From the NCBI RefSeq assembly GCF_036588685.1, contig NC_086386.1, positions 23,870,001 through 23,934,000 of the forward strand: 64,000 nt of DNA, read 5' to 3'. Positions 26,601-38,600 of the stretch are shown here, piece by piece. This stretch comes from Mytilus trossulus (lineage: Eukaryota). The position numbers were made by a program, and so were the translations under genes. The notes beneath the pieces are model-generated. The model saw only the letters and a program-made list of their open reading frames with translations. It searched no databases and was not told the DNA's origin. The first letter of the stretch is position 1. Each line of letters begins with the position of its first letter.

Positions 26601-29600
26601 CAACCAAAACCGAGCAAAACGCATTAAATATAAGAGGAGAACAACGACAAAACACCGAAACGCAACACACACAGAAACGGACCTAGCATCAGACAAAACA
26701 CCACGAGAATAACAAATATAACATGAAAACCAAGTACATGAATTTGGGATAGACAAGTACCGTGCCACGTCTTATCTCAATATCTAAAAAATAAGAGGAA
26801 ACACAAACGACTCGAAGTTAAAATGCAACACACAGAGAAACGAACAATAATATAACAATGACCATCTTCCTGACTTGGTACAGGACACTTTTAAAGGGGA
26901 ATAAAAGTGGTGGGTTGAACCTGGTTTTATGGCATGCCAAACCTCGCACTTTAATGGCAAAGTTAAATATAACATTGAAATGACAACATAATATTACAGG
27001 ACTACAATACAAATAAATAGGAGAACATATTAGACAAAGAAAAACATGATTAATAGATTAACAAAAAGCATTAGGTTTAAAATTCAATACGCCAAAAACG
27101 CGCCTTGTCCACACAAGACTCACCAGATACAACGGTTGCTTAACCGCCATCTGAAATATCATAGCGAGGCAAAAAGATCGAAAGTGAAAAAAGTACAAAG
27201 TTGTACAGCACTGAAGATCAAAAGTTGAAAAGGTTTTGCCAAATACGGCACTGTTTTTATGCCCGGGATAAGAACATTCTCGTTATAAAGAACAATTCAT
27301 GCTATTGCAAACAGTAAATTTTATCAAATGAATATGAAAGAGATATACACAAAGACAATGAAGTATTAACTAATTACAGAAAACTAAACCTTAATACATA
27401 ACGCCTAGATATAAAAGATCGAACGTGAAAAAGGTAAAAAGTTGTACAGCACCAAAGATCAAAAGTTGAAAAGGTTTTGACAAATATGGCATTGTTTTTA
27501 TGCCCGGGATAAGAACATTCTTATTATATAGAACAATTCATGCTATTGCAAACAGTAAATTTTAACAAATGAATATGAAAGAGATATACATAATGAAACT
27601 GAAGTATTAACTAATTACAGAAAACTAAACCCGAGTTTATCACAAATAGACACACATCCGAATCAGTCCAGGCGTCAACGTAATTCAAAAAATGTGACGT
27701 CACATACGATGGCGAAAAGGCAGAAACGTTATGCCACATTTGGACATGTCTACTCATAGTAAATAGACATATACATACAACAGTGAACAACACATGGTTT
27801 GCACTTCGGTGTTGACATAAATATCAATTATATGGTCATTTTTATAAATTTTCTGTGTACAAAACTTTGAATTTTTCGAAAAACTAAGGATTTTCTTACC
27901 CCAGGAGTAGATTAACCTTAGCCGTATTTGGCACTACTTTTTGGAATTTTGGGTCCTCAATGCTCTTCAACTTTGTATTTGTTTGGCTTTCAAACTATTT
28001 TGATCTGAGCGTCACTGATGAGTCTTATGTAGATGAAACGCGCGTCTGGCGTATACAATTATAATCCTGGTACTTTTGATAACTATTGGACCTTTAATAC
28101 TACTCAAAGTAAATATACATACAAATACAACATTGAAAACCTGGTTTGGACCTTACTACTCATAGTAAATATACATACATATACAACATTGAAGAACACA
28201 TGGTTTTGACCTTACTACTCAAAGTAAATATACATATAAATACAACATTGAACAACACACGGTTTGGACCTTACTACTCATAGTAAATATACATACAAAC
28301 ACGACATTGAACAACACATGGTTTTGACCTGACTATTCATAGTAAATAGACACACGCATACAAAATATAACAACACATGGTCTGGAACTGACTACTCAGT
28401 AAATACAACAAATAACAAAACAAGGTGTGAATATGACGTCACACTGTATACTGATTTGATGTAGAAACATCTTGTAAATAAAGGCAACAGTAGTATACCG
28501 CTGTTCAAAACTCATAAATCCATGGACAAAAAACAAAATCGGGGTAACAAACCAAAACCGAGCGAAACGCATTAAATATAAGAGGAGAACAACGACACAA
28601 CACCGAAACGCAACACACACAGAAACAGACCAATCATCAGACAAAACACCACGAGAATAACAAAGGTAACATGAAAACCAAATACATGAATTTGGGATAA
28701 ACAAGTACCGTGCCACGTCATATCTCAATATCTCAAAAATAAGAGAAAACACAAACGACTCAACGTTAAAATGCAACACAAAGAGAAACGAACAATATTA
28801 TAACAATAACCATCTTCCTGACTTGGTACAGGACACTTTTAAAGGGGAATAAAAGTGGTGGGTTGAACCTGGTTTTAAGGCATGCCAAACCTCGCACTTT
28901 AATGGCAAAGTTAAATATAACATTTAAATGACAACATAATATTACAGGACTACAATACAAATAAATAGGAGAACATATTAGACACAGAAAAACATGATTA
29001 ATAGATAACAAAAAGCATCAGGTTTAAAATTCAATACGCCAAACACGCGCCTTGTCCACACAAGACTCACCAATGACGCCCAGATATAAAAGATCGAAAG
29101 TGAAAAAAGTACAAAGTTGTACAGCACTGAAGATCAAAAGTTGAAAAAGGTTTCGCCAAATACGGCATTGTTTTTATGCCCGGGATAAGAACATTCTTAT
29201 TATATAGAACAATTCATGCTATTGCAAACAGTAAATTTTATCAAATGAATATGAAAGAGATATACACAAAGAAACTAAAGTATTAAATAATTACAGAAAC
29301 CTAAACCTGAATACATAAGTAATGATAAATAGTAAATACACTCATATCAATATAAACAAAAACATAAATCTGTTTCACTGTTTCATTTTTGTCCTTTTTG
29401 TTTTGCAAATTTATTATAATACGGTATCTGATGGTACGCCACAGCTGTCTTAACTCTGGTATAACGTTGTGTTATCTTACTATTACTTAAAATGATTTTG
29501 ACATTACGTAATGATGTAATGATATTACACGAAATAGATGATACTTTTATGGAAAGGAAGATAAATGTAAATGACTTTAAGCTTTGTTATTGAGAGGTTA

Positions 29601-32600
29601 GCATAGATGAATGTACTAAAGCTATTTACACGGTGAAATTAAATAAATCACCTGGTCTAAATGGTTTAACATTAGAATTTTATAAGACGTTCTGGGAAAA
29701 ATTAAAAACAGTGTTAGTAAAAGTTCTAAATAAGGAACACGAGGTAAAGCTTCTTTCATATACACAACGAACAGGTGTTCTGTCTTTATTATTCAAGAAA
29801 AATGATCCATTATCTTTAGACTATTATCGTCCAATATCATCATTAAATGTAGATTTGAAAATACTCTCTCATGTTTTAGCACAGAGACTTAAAAAAACTT
29901 CTTCCTACGTTAATTAATGAAGATCAAACCGGATATGTAAAAAAATCGTTTTATTGGAATGAATTTACGGCAAATCCAAGATTTAATGGACTATGCAGAA
30001 TCAAACGGAAAAGATCGGGCTATAATATTTTGATTTTACAATTTTTTTTATTCTTTGGAATGGGAATTTGTGTTAGGTGTTTTAAAACATTTTGGTTTTA
30101 AAGAATCATTCATATCATGTGTGGAAACATTATATAAGGGAACACAAACGTAATAATAAATAATAGAAAATCGAAATTTTTTAAAACTTTAGAGGAATCC
30201 GTCAAGGGGGTCCTTTATCGGCTTTACTTTTTGTTTTATCGGTCGAAATTATGGCAAAGCAATTGAGACAAACCTCAGACATTAAAGGTTTTCGTATTAC
30301 TAGAGATAATAAAACACATAGCATCGAAATATCACAATTAGCTGATGATACAACTCTGTTTTGTAGTTCAAAATCAGATATATCTAAAGCTATAAATATA
30401 ATTGAAACATTTGGCTCGGGATTGAAGCTGAACCGTCATAAAATAGAAGGACTTTGGATTGGAGCGCTTAAAACAGCGTAGATAAGTGTGAGGGCATACG
30501 CTGGACAGACAAACCCGTCAAAGCTTTAGGCATTTATTTTGGTTACGATAGACTTCAATGTGAAAAGTTAAATTGGGAACCTTAACTAGATAACATGAAA
30601 TCATTAATTTAAACATGGGGAAAAGAAAATTAACAATGGTTGGGAAAATATTGATAATACAATCTTTAATATTACCAAAATTTACATTTTAGGCTACTTC
30701 TTGCAAAGTTCCAGATGTTTACTTGAAAGAAATTGAAAGCTGCTGTTTCAAATATATTTGGAAAGGAAAAAATGACAAAGTAAAAACAAACACACTTATT
30801 GACGAATACCAAAAAGGGGGGTTAAGAATGATCGATTTTGACAGTTATTTTACAGCACTGTAGGCCTCATGGGTCTCCAAATTAACAACAACCAATATGC
30901 CGAATTGGAAGATTATTCCTACTAAATATTTTAACAATCTTGATAAAAACTTTCTTGTTTTAACATGAAATTAGATAATAATAAATCAATAGATGGACTT
31001 GCAAAAATAATGATTTGTATTTACAAGTAATTTCAAGTTGGGTTAAAACGGGAGGAGGTTTATCAACATTTTATAATCACTTTTCTTATATTAGAAACCA
31101 GATTATTGGGGGAAATAAATATATTAAATATCGAAACAAATAGATATAGGAAGATGTGGTGTGAGTGCCAATGAGACAACTCTCCATCCAAATAACAATT
31201 TAAAAATTAAACCAAATGCTTGTTTTTCCCGAGCTGGGTTAAACATGGATTGGTTTATATTAACGACACATTAGATCGTGAAGGAAATTTATCCGAAAGT
31301 TTTATTTAAAAAAAGTTAATTAATAAAACAAACTGGATTGCAGAGTTTAAGATGTTAAAATCCTGCATCCAAAAAGAATGGATGCAAGTTATAAAAAAAG
31401 AAAACTATGTTAAGAGTATAATCAATATACATGATATATGTAAGGTTAATAAGATGGCAAAATAAAAAAATTGAAACAAAAGATATCAGCAATAAAATAT
31501 TCTATAAAACTTTAGTAGATAAAACATAAACAAAGCCAATTGGTATCAACATTTGGACAATATATTTACAATTAGAATACGTACCACATATGTCATTTGT
31601 ATACGATTTTATATTTAAAATTTTAAAGGAAAATAAGTTAAAAATTTCAGATGGAAACTGATTCAGTATACTATTCCTACAAAGCAGCTACTATAAAAGT
31701 GGAAAATATCTGAGAACGATAAATGCAATTTTTGCAAAACAAAAAGAGGAGATTATTTGCATTTCTTTATTACATGTTCATTTTTGAAAGATTTTGGGAG
31801 AAAGTACATTATCTTCTAGCAAAAATTAATTTTCAAAACAAGATATTAGCAAAACATATAGTATTTGAATACAAAATATCGGATCAAGGGTATAACGGTT
31901 TTAATTATTTCTTGACAATTATAGGATTTTGTATTTACAAGTCGTACTATGTATCCGAGCAAAAACTGAAATGTTTAGATGTGTATGCTATGTTTATTAA
32001 GGATTTACTTGATACTCAGAAAGTATTTTACAGGAGAACTGTATTAAAGCTTGGAAAATGAAGTAAAGTTGTAACAATCAATTTGAAGAATAAAGAATAT
32101 GTATTCATGTTATTTGTTGTTAAAAAAAAAATAAAAATAAAAAGATATTACACGAAATGGTTTTGTATTGACTTGATATAGTTTTGTCATTACTCAATAT
32201 GGTTTTGTCATAACTCGCTGTGGTTTCACCATTATTTAATGTGGTTGTGACATAAGTCAATGTGGTTTTAACATTACTTTATGTGAATGTAACTTAACGT
32301 TATGAAGTTGTTTCATTACACCATGTAGTTTTGTGGTGTTGAGGGCTCGGACTAACCGACAAAGCATCAATACTATAAAATAAGAAGTCTCCAATTTTTT
32401 TTTAAATGATCATTTGAACATATACGAATGTTAATCGTTTTACAGCGGATGACCGTGAGGGTTGTTATCGCCTAGATTGCCATTATGTAATACTCGGTTT
32501 AGGTTTTTAACCGATCTATAAACATAATGATACGTAGACATCATAAAGTGCAAACGAATATCCCTAATCGATTGTTATGAATTCATTTCTTCAATGAATA

Positions 32601-35600
32601 CTCATCAAATACTTTTTAAAGAAGATTAGTTAATAATATTAAAATGTTTTGTCAAATGTATATAAATGTAAGTGAAAAATCATTAACATTTATGCACACG
32701 CATGTGGAAGTTTATCTCAAGAACGTTTGCAATCTCAAGTAACGATAACTCTGCATGAGTGATTAAACATTTTTTGTGGGAAAATACGAAGACCTACTCA
32801 AATCCATTCTATTAGAAAAATCAAATTATTACAGAAGAGTGACGTGTTGAGAATAAAATGATATACAAATGCCTGAAAATTATTTGTACATGTACCTGTA
32901 ATATACAAGTATTAATATAATATATAACAATAAACAAAGTATACTGATTTGTATCACTACAATATAACAGTCATTACTGTTAGGATGAATTCCCTGTCAT
33001 TAATTTATCCTCCACGCACGAACTTGTCCCAGAATAAAAATATATCTGTACATTAACCTCCCTTTCAGATATAGAGATGTGATTTTTTTCTGAAACAAGT
33101 GTTTGTCGGACCATCTGCAAGAACTTGCGGTCATCCGACGTTCATTAATTCCGTACTTTGATTATCAATTGAATTCTCTGATCTACCTCACACTAATTCA
33201 GATTTTACTTTTTTGAATATCTGTTTCACATGTGACGACGGATATTTTCATTTGTCGTAACCATATTACCGTCATCTTTTAATCGAATGTGAACTACCAA
33301 ATGAAAGCAAATCACTGGGTTAGTACTTTCACTAATAACACGACGGCTGCCTAACATTGAGCAGAATCTTTCAAATTTTGGAGCTTCTGAGAACACCCCG
33401 ATGGATTTTTATTACCCAGTCATAGCGATCTATTGAATCAGCCAATTGAAATTAAAAGTTTGAGGGGCATATTGTTTCACCCCCATCCGCTCGTCCGTCC
33501 TATTATGAGTATATAGTTATTCCGCATAACTTATCCTACAGTTTGAACCTTAGAAAGATTTCTCTTTACTGTCTGTTTAATAATATATTAAAGGTGTGCA
33601 TGTGATCAGGGGTTTTAGTTATATTAATTTATGCTCTTTTGGGAGGTAATTGAACTCATTTTTTGGGGTATAATCAGTTCAATGTTATAGTTATTTTTAA
33701 AATTACACTTTGCATCTGCAGGGGCAGCAATTGTGTCTCCCAGGCACAATCATATCCTCGGTAAAGTCCTACGTTGACTTTGTGATAATACAGTTACTTT
33801 AGAGTGGAGTGCGGGGAGTATCACTTTGTTTACATTTTGTTCGCATGTTGTGCTGTAACATTACTACAACAGTCTGATGTTGAGTTAATATTTAGCGCTC
33901 ACATACATGTTAAACTCCTCCACGTGCACCTTCCTTATGAACCTGCCCCAAATGAGGAGCATGAAGTTCAACTGTTGTCGTTGATCATGTGTGTCCTATT
34001 TTTTTTGTAGATTGTTTTTTTATTAATTAGACCGTTAGTTTTTTTGTTTGATTTTAAATTTTCACATGGCTTTATGTCATGTTTGTAGCTGACTATACGA
34101 GGTGTTGAATGCTATACGGTTGCCTATACATGTTTTCGTACATCCACTGCATTTAAACTCATGTGGTGGCAATTGGCAATCACACCACATCTAACTTTAT
34201 TTCAACTTCTATGTTGCGTTTTTTATACTGTAGTATTGTTTATCTCAGTTTGTACGCATTCATTGTCAGACATTTGGGATTGTTTTGATGTTAATTTTTG
34301 TTAAATATTAATCAGTTTATCAGAAAAGTTTCTATGGCATTTGTTTAATTCCAGGATTTCGGATTTACAGCAGTAATGTTGGCTGCAAGGAAAGGCCACC
34401 TGGATGTATCTCTATTGCTCATTGACAGCAGATGTAAAAAAGATACCACAGATGTATGTTATCTATACGTCATATCACATTATTTGTATGCTGAGTTCAC
34501 ATGTACTTAGAATTCAATTCGCATTAACCAATTTGGATTAGTTTAATTTGCATATGAAACGTACTTCTTTCATCAATTCTAATCCGAATTGCAATGCGAG
34601 TCAAATTCGCTAAACTGTCCAAATGACGTTTACTTTTAATTCGTGTTAACAAAATAGAATTGAGAAAGGAAATGAGGAATGTGTCAAAGCGACAACAACC
34701 CGACCATAGAGCAGACAACAGGCGAAGTTCACCAATGGGTCTTCAATGTAGCGAAAACGTCCACACCCGGAGGCGTCCCTCGGCTGTATTTCTAATGCAA
34801 ATTGGTTAATTCGAATTAGCCAAAAAAAGATTGTGTGAACGCGATTGGCAAATTCGATTCTCATTCGATTCGAGTTCAATTCGAATTAAATGTGCGTATG
34901 AACAAGGCATTGATTATTCTAATGCAATTTGGATGTAACATTTTTTTTCATTGGCTAACAGTTGCCGTCAAATCCACAGTTGACCAGGCGTAACTAAGGA
35001 GAGACCCGCCATTTTGAATTGATGAATCAACAAATGTTCGATTACATCTATATAATCAAAAATAAAACAACACCTACCTCGAATTTGACGTTTTAATGTA
35101 ATTTTATACAAATTTGAAGCGTACAGGTAACGAAATAACCTCCAGTTTGTAAGTTTTCGTTTGTATGACGTCACGTTTAGCCATGACGTCTTTGTGCCAA
35201 AATTATTCATGAAGTTTCGCGGATATTTTTTTTTTTTACAAATTTAGACATTTTTTCAAGTTTTATCGTATTTTTTTCTTTTTGTAATGCATTAGAATCG
35301 GAATAACAGTACTGTAGTTTAAGAGTTGCCACCGTCAATTTTGATTTGACGGTCGCAAATCTCCGTTTTACTGTCTCCGCACCGCGTCGCCAGTAAAACT
35401 GCATTTGCGACCGTCAAATCTACAATTGACGGTGGCAACTCTTCAACTTCAGTACGGTTATTCCTTAAATATAAAATCATGTTGACAGGTTGAAACCACA
35501 AAATATATGTTAGAATTATATAAAGTAGTGGGTTCGGAGTTTACTCATGTTGAATTCAATCACAATTTGTTTTCTTTCTGTATTCTGAATCTGCACTTAA

Positions 35601-38600
35601 TCCTTTTATAACTGTTTATTACACAACATATTCCAGTTTATCTAACAATAATTGTATTATTCCAGGATGACGGATGGACAGCATTTATGTGGGCAGCCTT
35701 CGGTGGATACCTTGATATATCACGACTACTTCTTGACAGAGGGTGTAGACCCGATAACACAGATGTACGTTATATCGTCAATCTGATCACATTCCTTTTA
35801 ACAAACACTCAATCATGTTGCTAATCATACAGACTTAATGGACAATATTTGTTTTAAGAATCATAAAGATTTGGGTCTGGTTTTGCGTATCTCCTCGTAC
35901 TATTTTTCAAAGTTGTTCAGAAAAGGAACCTTTTAAACATTTATTGATCGTGATTCTGATTCGTGTTAATCAGATAGAATTATTTGCGCTTGTCTGAATA
36001 CAGGAGTCTCTGGCCTTTATTTGTCTTGTAAGCGTTAAATTTCAGACTATTTAAAAGTTTAGTATGACGTATATTTTTACTGAACTAGTACACATCTTTG
36101 TAAAGGGTCCAGCTGAAACCCGACTCCGGATACGGGATTTTTCTCGCTTTGTTGAAGACTAATTGAATGCCTTCGGTTGGTTTTTTTTAACTCCTTGGTC
36201 GGGTTGTTGTTCAAAGGACATAATCCACATTTCCATTCTCTATCTTTATAATCAGTGATAAATACTATCTAGGATTATATAAAGTGAGCATGATGAGATC
36301 GCACCTGTCGTTTTGCATTGCAATGCATCCATGTAATACAAAAATCAGATACATTTCTCGAAAAACTTTTCTGGTTGAAGGTTTGACCTCTCACAAAAAC
36401 AAATATAGATGTTTTGTTGCTTTTTGAGAAAATAAACCCTTCTATTACTGTTAGTGTTATACCTTGTATATATCTTGTGATTGTATTTATTATACCCCAT
36501 TTTCAAATTTAGCAGTCATTCATAATATGTGTTGCATATTACAGTGTATCTGCTCACCTTGCCCAAGATTGTTGTTTTTATTTGTAATCTTCCAAAAATC
36601 TTCTCTGATGAAACTACTTAGACAAATTTAATCAAACTTGGTCACAATCATAACTATGAGATTTAGTCTTCAGACAAGTGTCCAATGACCTCGCCTGCCA
36701 ATCAACATGGCTTAAATGGCTTACAAAAAGTACAAAGGAGGGAATGCAGTTTTTGACTTATTTCTCTGTATCTAAATCAAAGTTATAACGGTTGCAATAT
36801 TTCATGCATTAATTTAAAATAAAATAATCAGATGAGCTACACAGCTCCTCAGATAACAAAGTACTGTCCATAATTTGTATATGTTATTAAGTATTATTAT
36901 AGAGAGATGGAAGAACAGCTTTACATCTCGCTGCTCTGAATGGACACCTGCAGGTCGCAAGGTACCTAGTAGAAAAAGCTGGTATCAGTCCATTTGTTTT
37001 AACACATAAGGTAATATTATGTTGTATATGAACACTATTCAACTAAGCTATTAATCAATAAGATGATGCGTAAAAGCTGTTTTAACTTATAATTGTTTAT
37101 TAACAGTATGTACGCATATAGATACTTTTTAGTACTCATTTGGAATAGTATGTAAATAACAATTAATTACAGAGTTGGTTCAAGATTTCAAAAAATTAAC
37201 AAAATAAGAAAAATAAGAAAAAACAAAGGGGATAATATTTGAAAATGCGCTGAAACATTTGTGTATTTATGTTTTTGTACGATTTTTAAAATCTTGGAAT
37301 AACAATTTCACATCCTGGTATTAAAAGTCACAAAGGGAGTGCTTCCTAAGAAAAACACCTACTATCTTGTTGTTATCAGGGGTGTCGGGGTCAGGGTTCA
37401 AAATACACTCACCTTCCAGGTGAGCATCAGGATGTATGAAATTTCAACGCTTGTGAATATGTTGTGCACCATTCATTATACCAAGATAACTGATAATACG
37501 TTTTTTGTGTCAGATTGTGGTCACACTATTTTCAGCAATTGCAAGTCGTAAGTTTTAGAATATGCTATCATAAAGTTCATAAAGTGATAATCAGTACCGA
37601 TGGATTACAATAAAAAGATAAACATGATATATACCACTCAGTTGCTACTGTTATGAAGTGATGACCAGTGCTAAGGGGTCATTAAACGGATTTAATACTT
37701 GCGCTTGACCACTTGGCCACCTGGGATCCACAACTATCCTCGTCAAATTTAATCTAGCATCGTAACACAGTTCATGATACATAAGGCATGGAGATGAAAT
37801 TGTAATAGATATATATTTTGCTGATATTTCAGGGTGAAACTCCATTTGATCTTGCAGCAGCAAAAGTACAGTATCTTGAAAGTACTAGAGAAGTATCGAC
37901 ATACCTGCAGGTACACTTACATGATACAAAGTCTTACTCTTTAAAAGTAAAACATAGTTGTAAACAGAATTACATGATGTAAATATCGACTTGATATACT
38001 AAATTGACATTTCAATAAATTTTGAAATCTCAAAAAGTAAAATTTTGAAAATATCAAAGTGTAAAATTTTGAAATGTCAAAGTGTAAAATTTTGAAAATA
38101 TCAAAGTGTAAAATTTTGAAATATCAAAATGTAAAATAGTGGAATAAGAAAGTGTAAAAATTTGGAAATATTAAAGTGTAATAATACAATCTTAAAAAGT
38201 GGAAAAAGTGAAGGTAAAATCGTTTCTCTTTAAATCATTAAATCATGAGTTATTTTCTTTACATCAAATTAAAGATAAATTTCGAACATTCGCCTGTGTT
38301 TGTTCCCAGATAATAAAGTATCTTCAATGACTAGCAGCCAATACAAAGTATCAATTTCAACTGTTTCTAAAATCAAAACAAAAGTAAACTGGTTTTAGTA
38401 ATGGTAAATCAAGGATATTTTGTATGAGCTGTGTTCGTTTCACTTGGTATCACAAGTTTGTCGTCAAAAGAATTATCAAAAATCTTCTCCTCGGAAACAA
38501 CTTTATAAAAGGAGTAGATTCAGTAAGACCTCGTTTTGGTCCCAAAATATAGCAGTTTTACAAAATTGTTAAAATGTAACCTTTTAGCTATTTATTGGAA

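Larger units (their letters stand above)
27741..28397. repeat. About 58-bp minisatellite (ggaccttactactcatagtaaat...) split by the retrozyme
   Basis: One unit at 27741-27800 and about 5 units at 28087-28397. Confidence 0.85.

Noticed and set aside
26533-29318. The two 850-bp direct repeats as LTRs of the BEL element or of a TRIM
   Set aside because: No TG..CA ends, PBS, PPT or TSD; no match to 21183-21670; the family also occurs separately at 45195.
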